Positions 12,754-26,800 are shown, numbered from the whole stretch's first letter. The stretch is DNA of 63,955 nt, filler included, from Reticulomyxa filosa (GCA_000512085.1; 24 parts of 24 records of this genome joined end to end with filler, not necessarily neighbours in it), one strand, 5' to 3'. Notes: a model not told the origin generated them from the sequence alone. Numbers and translations are program-made.

Positions 12754-13357
12754 GGACCCTCGACCAATACCATTTTCATCAACAACTAACTTGCAAGGTG
12801 TGACAGATCGAAAACCTGTAATTGCTTCCCAACCAAAGAGTGTGAAGTTTGAGGAAGATAAAGACAACGAAGTTGGAATGCATGAACTCAACACGGCCAA
12901 AACGTCGGCGTTGCAACGTGTAGACCCTCGCGACCTTGCACTTCGCAAGGCATATAACGCTGCCAGAGCGGAGCAGGCTTCGTCTACAGAGATACCCATT
13001 GTGAGTAACGCTGGCGGAGATGACGAGCCTTCGATGATTCGATCTGCGAGCATTTTTTTTGGTGGAAAGAGCTCCACCAAAATAAAAGTGTCGCAAAAAA
13101 TTATGGGGATCATTATTGGAGTGGAAAACATGAAACCGAACACTTATCCTTGGAACTCATCACGCAAATTGTGGATACCGTGGATCAAAGCTTACAAGAT
13201 GTGTTCACTAATTTACGCGATTCATTCAATCGATTCCAAAGGACAACAGTTTTGTTATTCATTTGCTAAATAAAAACATACAATACACACATATTAAAAC
13301 AAACAATAATACTTCAAATAGCAATTTGTGAAATGGGCACAAGCTCAACAACGATAA
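12754..13357 (+). CDS. 3' end of an RGS (regulator of G-protein signalling) domain protein
   Basis: After a -1 shift near 13075-13085 the frame reads ...ELITQIVDTVDQSLQDVFTNLRDSFNRFQRTT. Intron 13249-13321 then gives QFVKWAQAQQR*. This matches the RGS C-terminal helices (DSFxRFxxSxxF). Confidence 0.65.
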
Positions 13358-14740
13358 ATATATGTACATTCAATATCCATCCATTTAGTCTTTGGACATT
13401 ATACACACTTTTTTTTTTTTTTTTAATATTCTTGGAAGATATGTTTCAAAATCTTGTTTTTATTGTTTTCTCTGTTTTGCTTAATTCATTATATCAAAAT
13501 TTTACATGCACTGGAATTGCTTGTTTGGTGGGGAGGGAATTACCTTATTTGTTATGAACAAAACACTTTGTATAGTATGTAAATTAAAGCATTTAATTTG
13601 CTGGTGTTATTATTGTTCAATTGTTTTTTTTTATTATAGCAAAACACACAGACAGTTTTGGGTATATTTGTTTTCTTGTCAACTTTGCGAGTGAGAGGGG
13701 ACAAGTGGACCTTTCAAATGGAATAATTATGACTTTTTACTTTTTTTAACTTAGTCTTTTATGTCAAGCATGTTTCCGAAATTGTGTCAATTTTAGCAAA
13801 TTATTTTGGATAATGTTTTCCAGCGCTATTGCTGTTGAACAAATAAATAAACAGATTAATTTGAAATTTATCAAATAAAAAAAGATTAGCTATAGACAAT
13901 AACATTATTATTTAATATCATATTTTTAAAAGCAAATCTATAAAGTTTTTATTTGAAATTTAGAAATATAAATAAAAAAACGTACAAAATCATCTTTTTT
14001 TTCTAGTAATTTCAATTTAGCATTTGATACCAGTTGAAATTTTTATCCATAAACTAACTCATTTGGCTTATCGTAATCATTTTATTTGGAGTTATGTTGT
14101 ATGATGTTACAATCCCTAGCAAAAATAAAACAATTTGTGAAGTCCAGATCACAATAAGATGTAATAGTAACTAATCTCTTTTAGATAAATGTAGAAAGTT
14201 ATAACATTACATTAATTTGTGGGTTGTTTTATGACTAGCATTTGCTCTATTAGATTTGCAATTCTACTTGTGAATTGAGTGCTATTGTGTTATAATTGTT
14301 AGGAACTACGTACCGTCATATCCATTCGTGTACGAAAGATAAAAAAATTTCATTTGTTGTGTTTGTCTTGATAGATAATGCAGCTACAGTATGTTACAAA
14401 GAAAACTGAACGCATAAAACGATATCTTATGATGATATTGATTTTCTCCATGAAAAATCAACATTTAGACCTAATTTTTTTAAAAAAAATATCTACAAAT
14501 CTTGTAGTTTTTGTATTTTAATTTTTTTTTTTTTTCATTGGAGTCCTTTTTTTTGTTGTGATATCTAATTTCAATATTAAAATTTTAATCNNNNNNNNNN
14601 NNNNNNNNNNNNNNNNNNNNNNNNNNNNNNNNNNTTAATTAATTAANNNNNNNNNNNNNNNNNNNNNNNNNNNNNNNNNNNNNNNNNNNNTATTTAATAT
14701 TTTTTTTATTTTTTGCAATTCTAGAAACATAACAAATCCA

Positions 14741-15270
14741 ATGCCTCCTTTGGCAGAAATTGTTGAGTATTCGAAGAAACAAATGACCAAGAAGCTGCGA
14801 TAAGAGGAAGAATTGAAGTACAAGGAAAAAAAAAAGCACTCGCAAAAACAAGATTATTCAAAAACATAAGAAAAGGAGACGACAACCAAGACTGTAGACA
14901 AGCGGCTGGCGAAAATGTGAAAATTGACTCAAAAGAATATCAAGCAAAGAAAGCAATAGCTCAAGAATTGACCTGTCAAGTCTTTGAAGTCATAAGATGT
15001 CCAACACAGTGGTGATCTGACTTGGCGTGAAATGAGAAATGTGTTCGGCCACTATTGGCTTTGATGATTGGACTAATATCTTTAAAGATATTACTCTTTC
15101 TCGAGCCAAGACTACGCACATATTGCAAAAGACCAAATCGCACGAGATGGCATTAAGAGACGAGCTGCAGAAGAAGGTGTGCGAAAGACGAATTTTAAAA
15201 AAAAAGTGATCATACAAAGAAGATCAAAAAAATTAAAAAGAAGAAGATGATACGTGAAAAAGAATATCCT
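14741..15270 (+). pseudogene. Degenerate coding-like remnant, family unknown
   Basis: Codon-like, purine-rich block (MPPLAEIVEYSKKQ...; FDDWTNIFKDITLSRAKTTHILQKT...) interrupted by stops and frameshifts. Confidence 0.35.
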
Positions 15271-17597
15271 GATACTAGCACAATCCTTTTAAATTATCTT
15301 TTAAGTTTGCAACGTTCGAGTCTTGGTTATGCGGTATCCACGCGTTGAAAGATTGAGAGTAATCGTTTCAGATTTAAATTTATCAATTTCAAATATATTT
15401 GTATACATTGTTTTCGTTGAAAATGTAAATGATAATGCAAAGTTAACAAATTAACAAAATTAGTTATTATTGTTATGTTTGATAACTTTTGGATTAAATG
15501 GATTTGTTTTCGTTCACTTGAAAAAAAATGAAAACAAGTGCAAATGGGCCAAAATCTTTTGATGGGAAAAAAAGACTGTTTAGTCATCAATCTTAAGCGA
15601 CATTATATAAGTTCTTAAAAAATAAAATTATTTTGTGATAATTTGATAATTTATGAAAAAAAATACACCTAAATAATAATGAGAAAATTACATTAAAATA
15701 ACACAAAGATGTTCCATGAAAAACTCAACAATCCGCTTTCAAAACAATTGCACATTGTTACAAAAAAATAATATTTTGATATGTATCTTAAATAATTGGG
15801 AAAGGTTTTAATAACAAACAAAAATAAAAAAACATTATAATAGATTACTTGATTTTTAAATAATATCCAAAAGATTTATAAATATTAAATTTGATAAATA
15901 TCTTGTAAATTTTTATATTTAATCCTAAAACATAACCAAAATTTTGATATGCATTAGCTAAAATGTTTGCCATGCTAAATCATTTGACACGCATTCCGGT
16001 GCTGGATCAGTTTGCGNNNNNNNNNNNNNNNNNNNNNNNNNNNNNNNNNNNNNNNNNNNNTTAATTAATTAANNNNNNNNNNNNNNNNNNNNNNNNNNNN
16101 NNNNNNNNNNNNNNNNCAATTGATATCACATTATCACCAAAAAAATGCATTTTTCTTAAACAGAAACTAAATTAACGTGATTACGATTAATATTTCTACT
16201 GTCCAAAATAATTCAATGAAATAATGCAAACATGACATCGAATATGTATCCATATGATAGAGGTGAAGAATTGCGATCAAAAATTAATTGAAATGTGTCG
16301 AGAAAGTGTAAGTAGCTATGAAGAGTAGTGTCAATTTCTTTCATGGTTTGTATTATAAGATGAAGAACAGAAGGAGAAGAAGAAAAAAGCATTGATATGT
16401 TCTTTGCATTGTGCAAGGCAACTATAAGCAAATGGTACAAGAGTTGATTTCACGTAAATAAAAAGCAACGCAATTATTGTGGTGGGTCACATAGTATAGT
16501 CTTCCTCCTTTTTATTCCCTTCCATTGCTGAGAATTTCGATGTTTTATGCAGGGTTTGCTGTCCAAGTGGATATTAAATCGGCGGAACACCACTGGAACT
16601 TATAACATACTGTCTTCAGATCGAAGAAACTTGCGTTGCTAATATATGAAAGTAAAGAACAAATTTCACAGTATTTCCGACAATGTCTTGATTCATCTTC
16701 GCAAGGACATTTCTGAAATCTAGAAGACAAAGATACAAAATTATTAATTGATAATATATTTACAGATTTGGATTATCTATTTGATATCGTATGTGGAATG
16801 ACATTCACTTTGTATGCAATATTATTTCCGGAGTTATGCCGTTATACGTAAAGTTTTACTTAAGTTGTTCAGTACGTGCTATACATTTGTTGACTGTCAA
16901 GTGAAAATTGTAACTCGTTTACATTAGAATGTCATTGAAATTTGAATTTAGTGCATATTATGAAAAGTAATTTTTATTACACTTTCTATAACTCAATATC
17001 TGAAATATACAAATGTTCGATTGTATCTATATTTTCAATATATTTCTGCATTAAAAATATTGCAAAAATAGACAAAATTAGTTTCAGTATTTCTACTTTT
17101 GCATTTGTCGTAGAAAAAACTAAGTATATATTTGTAAATCACAAATAAATACTTATCATTTAGTAACACGATATAGTATGTAGATTAAACTTTAATTGTT
17201 GATTTTTACAGTTTTTTCCTAAATAAAAGCATTAAATTGCATTGTCTTTGTAAACGTCATAATTGAAAAACTTGATCAATTTTCTCGTGTAATTAATGAT
17301 ATGTATGCTTTACAATAACTCGGTTTCAGTACAAAGTTTTATCTTGATAAGTGTTTTTATACAAAGTTACTGTTATTGAATTTTATTTGACATTAGTTAT
17401 TGCGTAAAATATAATGTTTACACTTTATTATTTATGTATTTTTTGTATTAGCTGTATTTGTAGTATTGATAAATATTGTAGTCGTTGTATAATATAGTAA
17501 TAATAACAATCATTTGAAAGTATTTGTAAATGTCTAAGAAATTTGACGTTGTCATGTTTTGATATGTTGTTATGCTTAGTAAAATAAACGAAATTGA

Positions 17598-18104
17598 TCA
17601 TTGCAAATCAGTATTTTTTTGAGCGCCCAGCCATTCTTCATACAACTTATTTTGACGTATTTTAAATGGTTCAATTTGTTGTAGCAATTGCTGTCTCGTT
17701 CGAAAGCATTTAACGTTGGCACATCGTTGTTGAAAAAATGGTATGTGATATAGAAGCTGTCGTTCGGTGCGTTCGTCTGCAGCGTTGAACCAAATATCGT
17801 TATGATTAAACCATTCATTAGTATTGAATTTGGAAAGCAGTTTTTGATTTGATACTATCAGTGGGATCCGTTTGTGTACATCATGAGCAGTCCATCCTAA
17901 TGTGTGAATTTTCGGTACATTCATTTCAAATAAGTACACGCACTTGCCATTGCCTTCGTTCATGTACGACTGCGCAATACAAAGAGCAGTCTCATAATCG
18001 TCATGCAACGATAGCGACGGATCAAGACCGATCCACTCGGATAAATAAGCAATATACAATCGACTGACCGCTATACGAGAAATCCCTTTACAAGCAGACG
18101 CCAT
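17598..18104 (-). CDS. 3' exon of a hypothetical protein, possibly ADP-ribosyltransferase-like fold
   Basis: About 168 codons of globular sequence following a (TA)n intron at the contig edge. Contains PSLSLHDDYETALCIAQSY...VYLFEMNV...TERQLLY. Confidence 0.55.
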   Translation of the reverse strand: MASACKGISRIAVSRLYIAYLSEWIGLDPSLSLHDDYETALCIAQSYMNEGNGKCVYLFEMNVPKIHTLGWTAHDVHKRIPLIVSNQKLLSKFNTNEWFNHNDIWFNAADERTERQLLYHIPFFQQRCANVKCFRTRQQLLQQIEPFKIRQNKLYEEWLGAQKNTDLQ

Positions 18105-18520
18105 GTAAATAAGAATATATAAAAAAAAAAATATATATATATACATACATATATATGTATATATATACATATATATATATATANNNNNNNNNNNNNNNNN
18201 NNNNNNNNNNNNNNNNNNNNNNNNNNNTTAATTAATTAANNNNNNNNNNNNNNNNNNNNNNNNNNNNNNNNNNNNNNNNNNNNAGGTCTAAATGTTTGAT
18301 TTTTTCATGGAGAAAATCAATTATCATCATAAGATATGTTTTTAGGCGTTCAGTTTTCTTTACAACCTACTGTATTTTTATTTTTTCAAATGCAAAATCT
18401 TGCAAGGATGAGATCACAATTAAACAAAAACAAAGTGTTTGGTGGGGCTGCCAGCAAGAACGTCTCACAAATAAATCTGTTTTTTCCCGAAGGACCAAGA
18501 ATTTGGGTAAGCCTCAACAA

Positions 18521-19499
18521 ATGAGTATAAGGCCAATAGGGCTAAGCGACGAGTATTTAGCACAACTAATCTTCAATAAGATAGGCGAGCCTGTTGATTC
18601 TCTTCAAAGAGAATATTTAGACATTTACGGTCTAAACAAAGAGAGGCAAGAGAGTAGAAGCAAAAATACGATGTTAAGAAAACAAGAAAAATAGAAATAA
18701 CGACATTGCAAATGAAATTTGTGATAGGACAATCGGATCACAATCTCGTAAAAAGAAAAAAAAAAAGAAAAAGAAGGCAGTGTTGAAAGTATCTAAAAAA
18801 AACGGAGCCACCATTGATATCCGGAGCATTCGAGAAACAGTGGCTGTGTACACTACATTAACAAAGCCATACATTGACAGTATGTCTTCCATAAAAAATA
18901 AATGGGTAAGAGACATTACAAGCGGAAAAAATCAAGAAAAAATTATTCACACTGAGCATGATTTTATATCAGTAGTATCAAAAAGTTGGGACAAACATCT
19001 CAATAGTATAACTGGAGTTGCATCAGACGTGAAAGAAAAGATAGATGTAAATGAAATCATCAATAACTTACACATTATCGCAATCGCATTAGATCCAAAT
19101 CTAAAATGTTTACGTGATTTATGTTTGTCCGAACATGTCAAATTATTGATGAAAATTAAAGATCAAACACTGCAAAAAATCGAAGAAATTTATAGTGTGA
19201 AGGAATCACAAATTATGGTATTCATTGATTATCCACCTCAATTTTATTTGTTTCATGTGCATTTTCGGTGCATTCCAAACCGCACCAAAGGTGTCACCGA
19301 ACATTTCAAATCAATGACAATCGGGACAGCAATTTTATTGGATGATGTTATTGAAAACCTCGAGTATGATATATCATATTACAAGACGCATAGCATAACT
19401 TGTTCAGTCCGAAACAATCATCCCTTATACCTTCTGGCCACGTCAACAGCGGATAAAAAAGCCCTTACTATTCATGAATTGTTGAACAAGGATCAATAG
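18521..19499 (+). CDS. DCPS: Scavenger mRNA decapping enzyme (m7GpppX diphosphatase, HIT family), divergent
   Basis: ETVAVYTTLTKPYI..KWV..I, WD, LHIIAI..LKCLRDL..HVKLL, FIDYPPQFYLFHVHF and AILLDDVIENLE..YY all align with DcpS C-terminal motifs. The main frame is open from 18678. The ATG at 18521 needs a frame change at 18678-18694, so the start is uncertain. Confidence 0.88.
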
Positions 19500-19753
19500 A
19501 CTTATCCATAATTTGCAACCCAGAAATTGAAATTAAAAAGAGTTGAAAAGAAAAATTAAAAATTTGAGCCAAACAACTTTTTTTAGCTGCTTTGTTACGT
19601 AGAGGGAGAGGATAAAAAAAGAGTATCAATAAACTCAGGTGTATTTTTTATTAGTCAGTTATTGTCGTTTTTTTTTTTGCAATTTTGCAATAGAAAATAA
19701 AAAAAGAGTTGTGAAAGTTTAGGGGGAAGGGAGTGAGGAGAATGTATGTCAAT

Positions 19754-22700
19754 CTAAAATTTACTGAAATCAATTTCGTTTTTTTCAGTTGTGATCAAGC
19801 TGGCGTTTGTATCTTGTAACTTTGTCTTTATTTTGCTTTTACTGGATTTTTTGGAGTGTTTCTTTCCACTTTCCCTTTGTTCATTGTCCAACGTAGAATT
19901 GTCTTCTTGTGGACGAGTAGTGTTTGTATTTGTTTGATTGTTCAATTGAGTTTCTTTTTTATCATTGGTCAATTGTGTTGTAAATGTGGCCAATTCTTTT
20001 TGCAACAACAAAGTTTTCTCTCGAGGAAGTTTCGCAATGGCCACCTTCAAACACGGGCTTGTCGCCAGGTTGTTTGTTATAAACGACAGTACTATGAATG
20101 CACAAAAAATATTTTTACACTAGCATTGAAAAAAAAAAAAAAGGGGAGAAGGGGAAAAGAAGAAGATATAAACAAAACAGAAATTTTTTCCGTCCAAGTT
20201 TGTTCTGAGATCATTCTTGGAACAAATACACTCAACCATCACTAGGACAATTAAATCATAAGTTGTCTGCAGATTGTTGAGTTGATAAAAAGAAGATAGT
20301 GAATGCAGCAACGTGGCAATACTTAATGCTTGGCAAGCACATTGAATCATCTATGTCAGATAAAAAGCAATTATCTTTATTGCAAAATAAGCAAATAAGT
20401 TCGAAATAAAAAATAAAAAAAATCGTATATATTCAAATGTACATATACATGTACAAAATGTTTGTGAGACTCACTTGCAAATAAGGGTTAGTTTGATTTT
20501 CAAGCAAATGCAATAGGACATGTGGCAAGGTGAGCAGCAATGTTTCGACTTGGGTGTGAAGGGGCGAGGAAATTTCAGTCAAAAGATCGGACTGTCCATT
20601 GGAATTGGAAATTGCAGAGTTTTGTCGTTTCTTTTGTTCGGCGATCAACAAAGAATGAACATGGAGATAGCAATGTCCCAAAGCTTCGCTGATTGTTTGT
20701 GCATTTTGCTTATCCAGCAATTTGTGAATGAGGGCTTGACGTACTGTCTCCAACAATCTCTCATCAAAAGGAGAGGAAGAGGAAAAAGGCAACAGTGCTG
20801 TGTCTTTATTGTTGTCATCGGTTGTATTTGCATTTTGTTCACTTTTGTTTTCAGTTTCGTTTGTTTTGGTTTTGTCTTGTTCGTTTTGGTGTTCGAGGGG
20901 CTGAGTTTTTTTCTCTTGCGCTGTCAATTCGTGGTGCATATGTGCCAAATGCCATAGCAACACCATCGTTTCATTTGATGAGGATGTTATCTTGTTTGAG
21001 TCCAATCTTTTTCCACCCAATAAAAAACAAGGTCATATGTATACGTATATAAATGTACGTGTGTGTGTGTGTACATATACATATATACATATGTATATAT
21101 GTATATATATATTTATATATGAAAACACAAATGTAACGAATACCTGTCGAGATGTGTAATCAAATGGAGTACAATATCTCTCAAAGAGGAGGAGACAATG
21201 GCACGGCGGTCTGCGTTATGACAATACTTTTGTATACATGACAACAGCTTATATGCAATCTGAACCAACTTTTGCTTGCGTTCCGCCGACAGTTGGATAG
21301 CGTGGCAAACTTTTTGGGAATTGGACTTGTTGTCGTCGGGCACTGTCGTGACCTCGTCATTGCAAATCAAGAATGTAATGGTCGTGACAGCATTCAAGAG
21401 ATCACTCATCCGGACAATGTCGGGCCAATTCGTGGACTCATCGGCCGCGTAAAAGTGCCCGGCGATGGTGCTAAATCCAGTTAGCCATATTTCATTCATT
21501 GTCCATTGCACTTGTTGCTGTCCACTGGTATTGGCTGTCTTGTTGTCCTGCTTTGGATCAGAGGTACTCGTCTTTATCGCGGCCGGGGATGATATCGCAC
21601 GTGGAGAAGAGTCACTTCGAAATGCGAAAAAGTCAAAGTCCGAAGCCGATGTTTTCAGCAACACTTCGATGGGGTCAATAAAGCAAGCAAGGATGACATG
21701 GAATAAATCTTGCACGATTAAAGGTTGGGACAATGAGACAAGGTCTTTGGATTGCTTCAGCACAATGTCTGCGATATTGCATAAAAGACCGCTAATGTCC
21801 TCTTGCCATGGCAATGTCTGATCTGGATTGGCTTCGGTCGTGTTCAAACGATGTTTACTTTTGCTTTGAACATTAGCCATAACTGCGCCATGAATCATCG
21901 ATGCCAAATTCCACAACATTTCGGCGTTGATACACACATTGTTGACATAGTCAACAGAGACAAGAATATTCAACAATTGAATGCAAAGTGTCCGTGTTTC
22001 TCGTGTCTTTTCACGGTTTTCCGGAGCCAAGCAGCCCATCAATCCAAACAATGTCGTCGCAAAAAAAGTAATGCAATGAGACCGATCGATCTGTGGCTTG
22101 CTTTTTGTTTCCTTCTCGTCGGCCGGGGTGTTGCACAATCGCACGTATGTTTGCAAAAACAGCAAAAATGAGTCGGTGTATATGCCGTCGACGTGTTTGT
22201 AATCTTTTCCTATAAAGTAGTAGCCCTTGTAATCGCGCAGGACTTTACGCGGTTGAGATATTAGCACTGCGTAGTCCATTATCGCCTCTTCGATCATCTT
22301 TCGCAACGGCGGCAATGCACTTTCATTGTTATTGTTTTGGGCTCATTTTATTCACATATACATATATGTATACGTATATGAATATGTGTGTATGTGTGTA
22401 TGTATATTGTCTTTCTTCGAAACGGTTCAAATAATTGCCTCATCAATTTGTGATGCTTCAATCTTTTCAATCCATCTTCTTTGTAATAAAAAACGTAGTT
22501 ATACAAAGTCGCGCAGCCCCTTAAATATTCCAATATCAATGTCGTCTTGACGTAGGACTCGTAAATACCATACACATTTCTCATTTGCTTTTCGTATTCG
22601 AACACTTGAAATAGACTTTCCATATGATTTTTTACTGTCTATTTTTTGGTATTAGCAAGGAGTCAGGTCATGACAATCCGCACCAAACATGTACACATAT

Positions 22701-23783
22701 ATGTATATATATATGTACATATATACATATACATGTATATGTTTATGTGTAAATGATATTAATTTTTTAAAAAATTGACATTTAACCTGTTCAGAAGGCA
22801 GAATAGAAAATAAATAATTGACGACAATTGGGACTCCCATTAAGCGAACTAATGGCTCAGGATCACTGGATATGCAGGTACGTAAAGCCGCATTAATTTC
22901 TGCCTCGAACTGTTCCAACAAAAACTTTCCGGAAATTCCAGCGTCGGGATCAGCTTTGTTGCTAAAATGCTATGTTTGTTTGTGTTATTCCTTCTTTGTT
23001 TCTTTCTCTTTCTTTCGCTCTTGGATGTTTGATATGTTTTGGTAAAGAAGACAAAAGAAAGAAAAACAAGTAGAAGATACGAAAGAGTCTGTGAAACCTA
23101 CATTGATCAATAACTGCAAGCAACGCAAGCCTTGTTGTTTGACAACGCAATACTGAGCCATGCATGCCTGCGAGACCAGCTTGAAGACTTGTGTCATGAC
23201 CAAGATGGTAAACTGGGGACTGTCATTTAAATAGACATTGGTGTTGATCTTGCTAGTCTCATCGTACTTGTATTCCATTTTTTCGTTGGCCGTCGCATTG
23301 GAGGATTTGAATCGCGCTTCGTGCCACAAAGCAATCTGCTTGCGAGCGCAGAGCACATCCATGTGATCATTGCTTTGATCAATGGCAAAGGTGAGCTGTC
23401 CTTCCAAGACGGTGAGGATCCATAAAAACGTCGAATATTTCAAGCAGTTGACGGTGGGAGGAATTAAGTACCATTCGTTGGCGCCTTTGTTGTTAGCATT
23501 GGCGAGAGAGCTCGACGATCGCTTGGAAGCAATGTCGCCGGGAACATTCGGCGACTTGAGCGAGTACAAGCTTTCGATTTCGGGCGGATTGACTTTGATT
23601 CCACTGAATACAATATCTTGAAAGAATTGAATGATTGTCTGCGGATACCTTTGTTTGAACAAAGTGGACCAAGATTTCAATGTCGTGCACACTTGTTCAC
23701 GAACAGGTGATTCACGAGAGCTGGTATCCAACTGAAAGAGTTTAGAGTCAGTTATTTGTACTTGTATATCGCGTATACGTTAA

Positions 23784-23814
<31 letters not shown>

Positions 23815-26800
23815 GTATATATAACTAGAGCCAATAAGGAATGCAAGATTTTGCGTGACAAAATGCCTCCAGGAGTATGCTGCAACAGACATTGTAAACA
23901 ATTAATGGCGGCGATTTGATCACTGTATTTGTCTTGGAACAGACAGTATTGTAATTGATGGCATGTCTCTTGACCAACGTCAATGACAAAGCGTTCGGTC
24001 TTGGTCTTGGCATTGGTATTGGCATTGGTATTGGCATTGACAGGATCGTCGCCGAGGCCGACCACATAGACAGGAGCGTGGATTGCGATTTGAGCGACGC
24101 AGTCAAGACACGACGCATAGACCGAGGGTTCGTCGGACCGTTGTAAGAACTGAATGAAGGGAAGGATCTGTTCGAGCCACTTGGAGTCTTCACTGGATGT
24201 GCCGACGGCAGTAGTGTCAGGAGCAGTGTTTAAAAGATAGGTAAGCAAGCGATGAAAGACCTTGCCGGCGACAGCAAAGAGTCTTGTTTCGGCCATGCAA
24301 TCTTCTTCGATAAGAACATTTGCAGTGATTTCAAAGATGGCCTTGTCGAGTCCTCCAGCCAGTCTAGTTGGCGATAGGAGCACCACTCCGAGGAGTTTGA
24401 ATAGCGACTGCATGATCCACAAGGCCATGGGTTCTTGTCGTTGCAGACATATCTGCTGCAGCGTGGCCACAGTCCTCGGCAAGTTGTCGATGCTATCGGC
24501 GTCGTCAATGTAGTCGTGAATGCAAGCCAACGCCAAAGTGCGTCCGGACAAGACGTAAGGGTCGGCATCGTCACTGAACTGCTTATTGCCCAGATGTTGC
24601 AGTATATACGTCTGGAAGCTATGATCTTCAATTGTCGACAAGATTCCAAAGATTTGTGAGGCCGCCCTCATTACCAAAGTGTTTTTAAATGTGAGCAGGT
24701 CCGAGGCTACACGCAGAATGGATACGCGCGCTTTGCCTTTGCCAAATGACTGCTCGCATTCCATCATCGCGCGACAGCAGCCGAGGATTACCGCCGCGGA
24801 GTTGTGCAGCACGGTCTGCAAGCTCTCCAATTTATCTGCGCTCCTGGAGTCTTTGGCGACCTCGGCAAAGTGGGATATCAGTTGAACTTTGTGATTTTCC
24901 GTTTGATAAGGGAAGATTTTGCAAAACAGACGAATGCAAGCGTCACAATTTTCGCGTGACAAATAGCTCAATGTCAATCTCGGAATAATACGTAAGGATT
25001 TGGCTCGACACGTTACCGTCTCATAGCCCTCTACGATTTCAACATTCGAATCATTCCAATGATTCATCGCACCTCCTTCATCATCACTATCATTACCACA
25101 GCCACGACTACCATTACCATTACCATTACCATTACCATTACCATTACCACCTCCTCGTAATTTTGATTTGTCCTTTTCCATCTCTGTTCCTTTTCTTTTC
25201 GATCATCTTCATCTTTGATTGTAGTGCTAGTGCTGCTACTGCTTTTGCCTTTGTTTTTCTCTGGGTCGTCGCGCGTACGTCCAATCCCCACTTGAAACTC
25301 AATGCTATGCATCATGTCATGCGGCATCCACTCTTTGTCAATGGCCAGCTCGTCTTTGCAAGGCTCGTAAAGCATTTCTTCGAACATGGAATATGCCGAG
25401 TGCTCACGCATGCAAGAGGCATCCACCTGCGCGTAGTTGCCTCCTTCACCTCCAAATGCCCCTATTATGCCTCCGCCTCCACTTCCTCCGCTTCCTCCAA
25501 CTCCACCACTACTACCGACTCCGACTCCTCCTACCCCAACTCCACCTCCGACTCCTACTCCACTTCCTCCCAATCCCAATCCTCCAGCTTCGCCAGATCC
25601 GACTCCTCCAACTCCTCCGACTCCTCCGCCAATGGATGAGGAGTTGGAGTCGCTCAACATCGACCCGGCTGTGAGCGACAAAGACATCATCGACAATTCA
25701 TGCGACGACAACACATCGTCTTCACTGTCCAATAGATTGACCAGCTCCATGCACCTTGCGGCTTTGCGATGCGCAAACTGCGCATTTGCGGTCTTCAGCA
25801 GCGTCACGTACTTGTCAATGAACACGTGCGGGGGCAGATAAAAGTACACGCTCATCATGACGGCACGCAGACGCGAGATCTGGTGAATGACCGACTCGCT
25901 CAATATCGTGTCTTGCAGATGCTTTTGCTTGGGGTCGTTGAGCATTTGCGTAATGTTGGAATCGAAGGCAAGCGCGTTGTTGACACGTTTGATGATGGAC
26001 ACTTGCAATTCAGGATACGTTGGGATGTGATGTTCGAACATGCGCACGAATGTGAGCAGCGATTGATAGGCCGCCTGGCGCACGTAGATATGACTCAAAG
26101 CCTCGCTTTGCGTGCGCGGAGTGAAGTCGACAGCCGACATTGCGTCTTTCCAAAGATTGAATAGAGGTCGAAGTTTCGTTTTTGCCCACGACGAGCCGAG
26201 ACGAATCATAGCCTCGATGATAATCCATCCGCATACGTTGAACATTGCCATGGTTTCAGGAGTGAGAATTAAGTCGTTTGTTTCTATCGCTGTAATTCTA
26301 GTTGTTGTTGTTGTTGTGGTTGTTGTGGTTGTATTGTTGTTGCCATTGGGTCCAGTCATGTCCCCTAAATGATTTCGATCTCCGATACCACTCGTTGGCA
26401 CGGTGCTCCCTGTGAATGGATTTTCGCTTGACAATACTGGATTCTTTTCTTGACCCAGACGGAAAAAGTTGAGAGCCACGGAAAACGCATTGTTGATCAG
26501 ATCCTCAGGCACGCCTTGCGGCAAGCGCGGCACCACTTTGATGATTTCAGCCAAAGCGATACAACCGCCTTGAATCTCGTGCACAATGTTCGGATCGGTC
26601 GGATCCAATGTCTCCAAGTTTGCAGAGATCTCTTTCATCAACGCGCTCGCCCACAAATAACATCGATCTGGATTATGCTTGGCCAACACTGACAGACATT
26701 GCGCCGATCGATTGCGAATCACGTACGACTTGTGGTACGTATACATGTGCAATACCGAGTTGATTTCGTCCACAAATTCATTCGTCGCGGCCTCCAGATG

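Noticed and set aside
16210-16830. Decayed coding-like block
   Set aside because: Many stops and no recognisable family.
25393-25841. Pro-rich plus-strand ORFs (extensin/formin-like)
   Set aside because: Antisense shadow of the Gly-rich insert in HEATR5.
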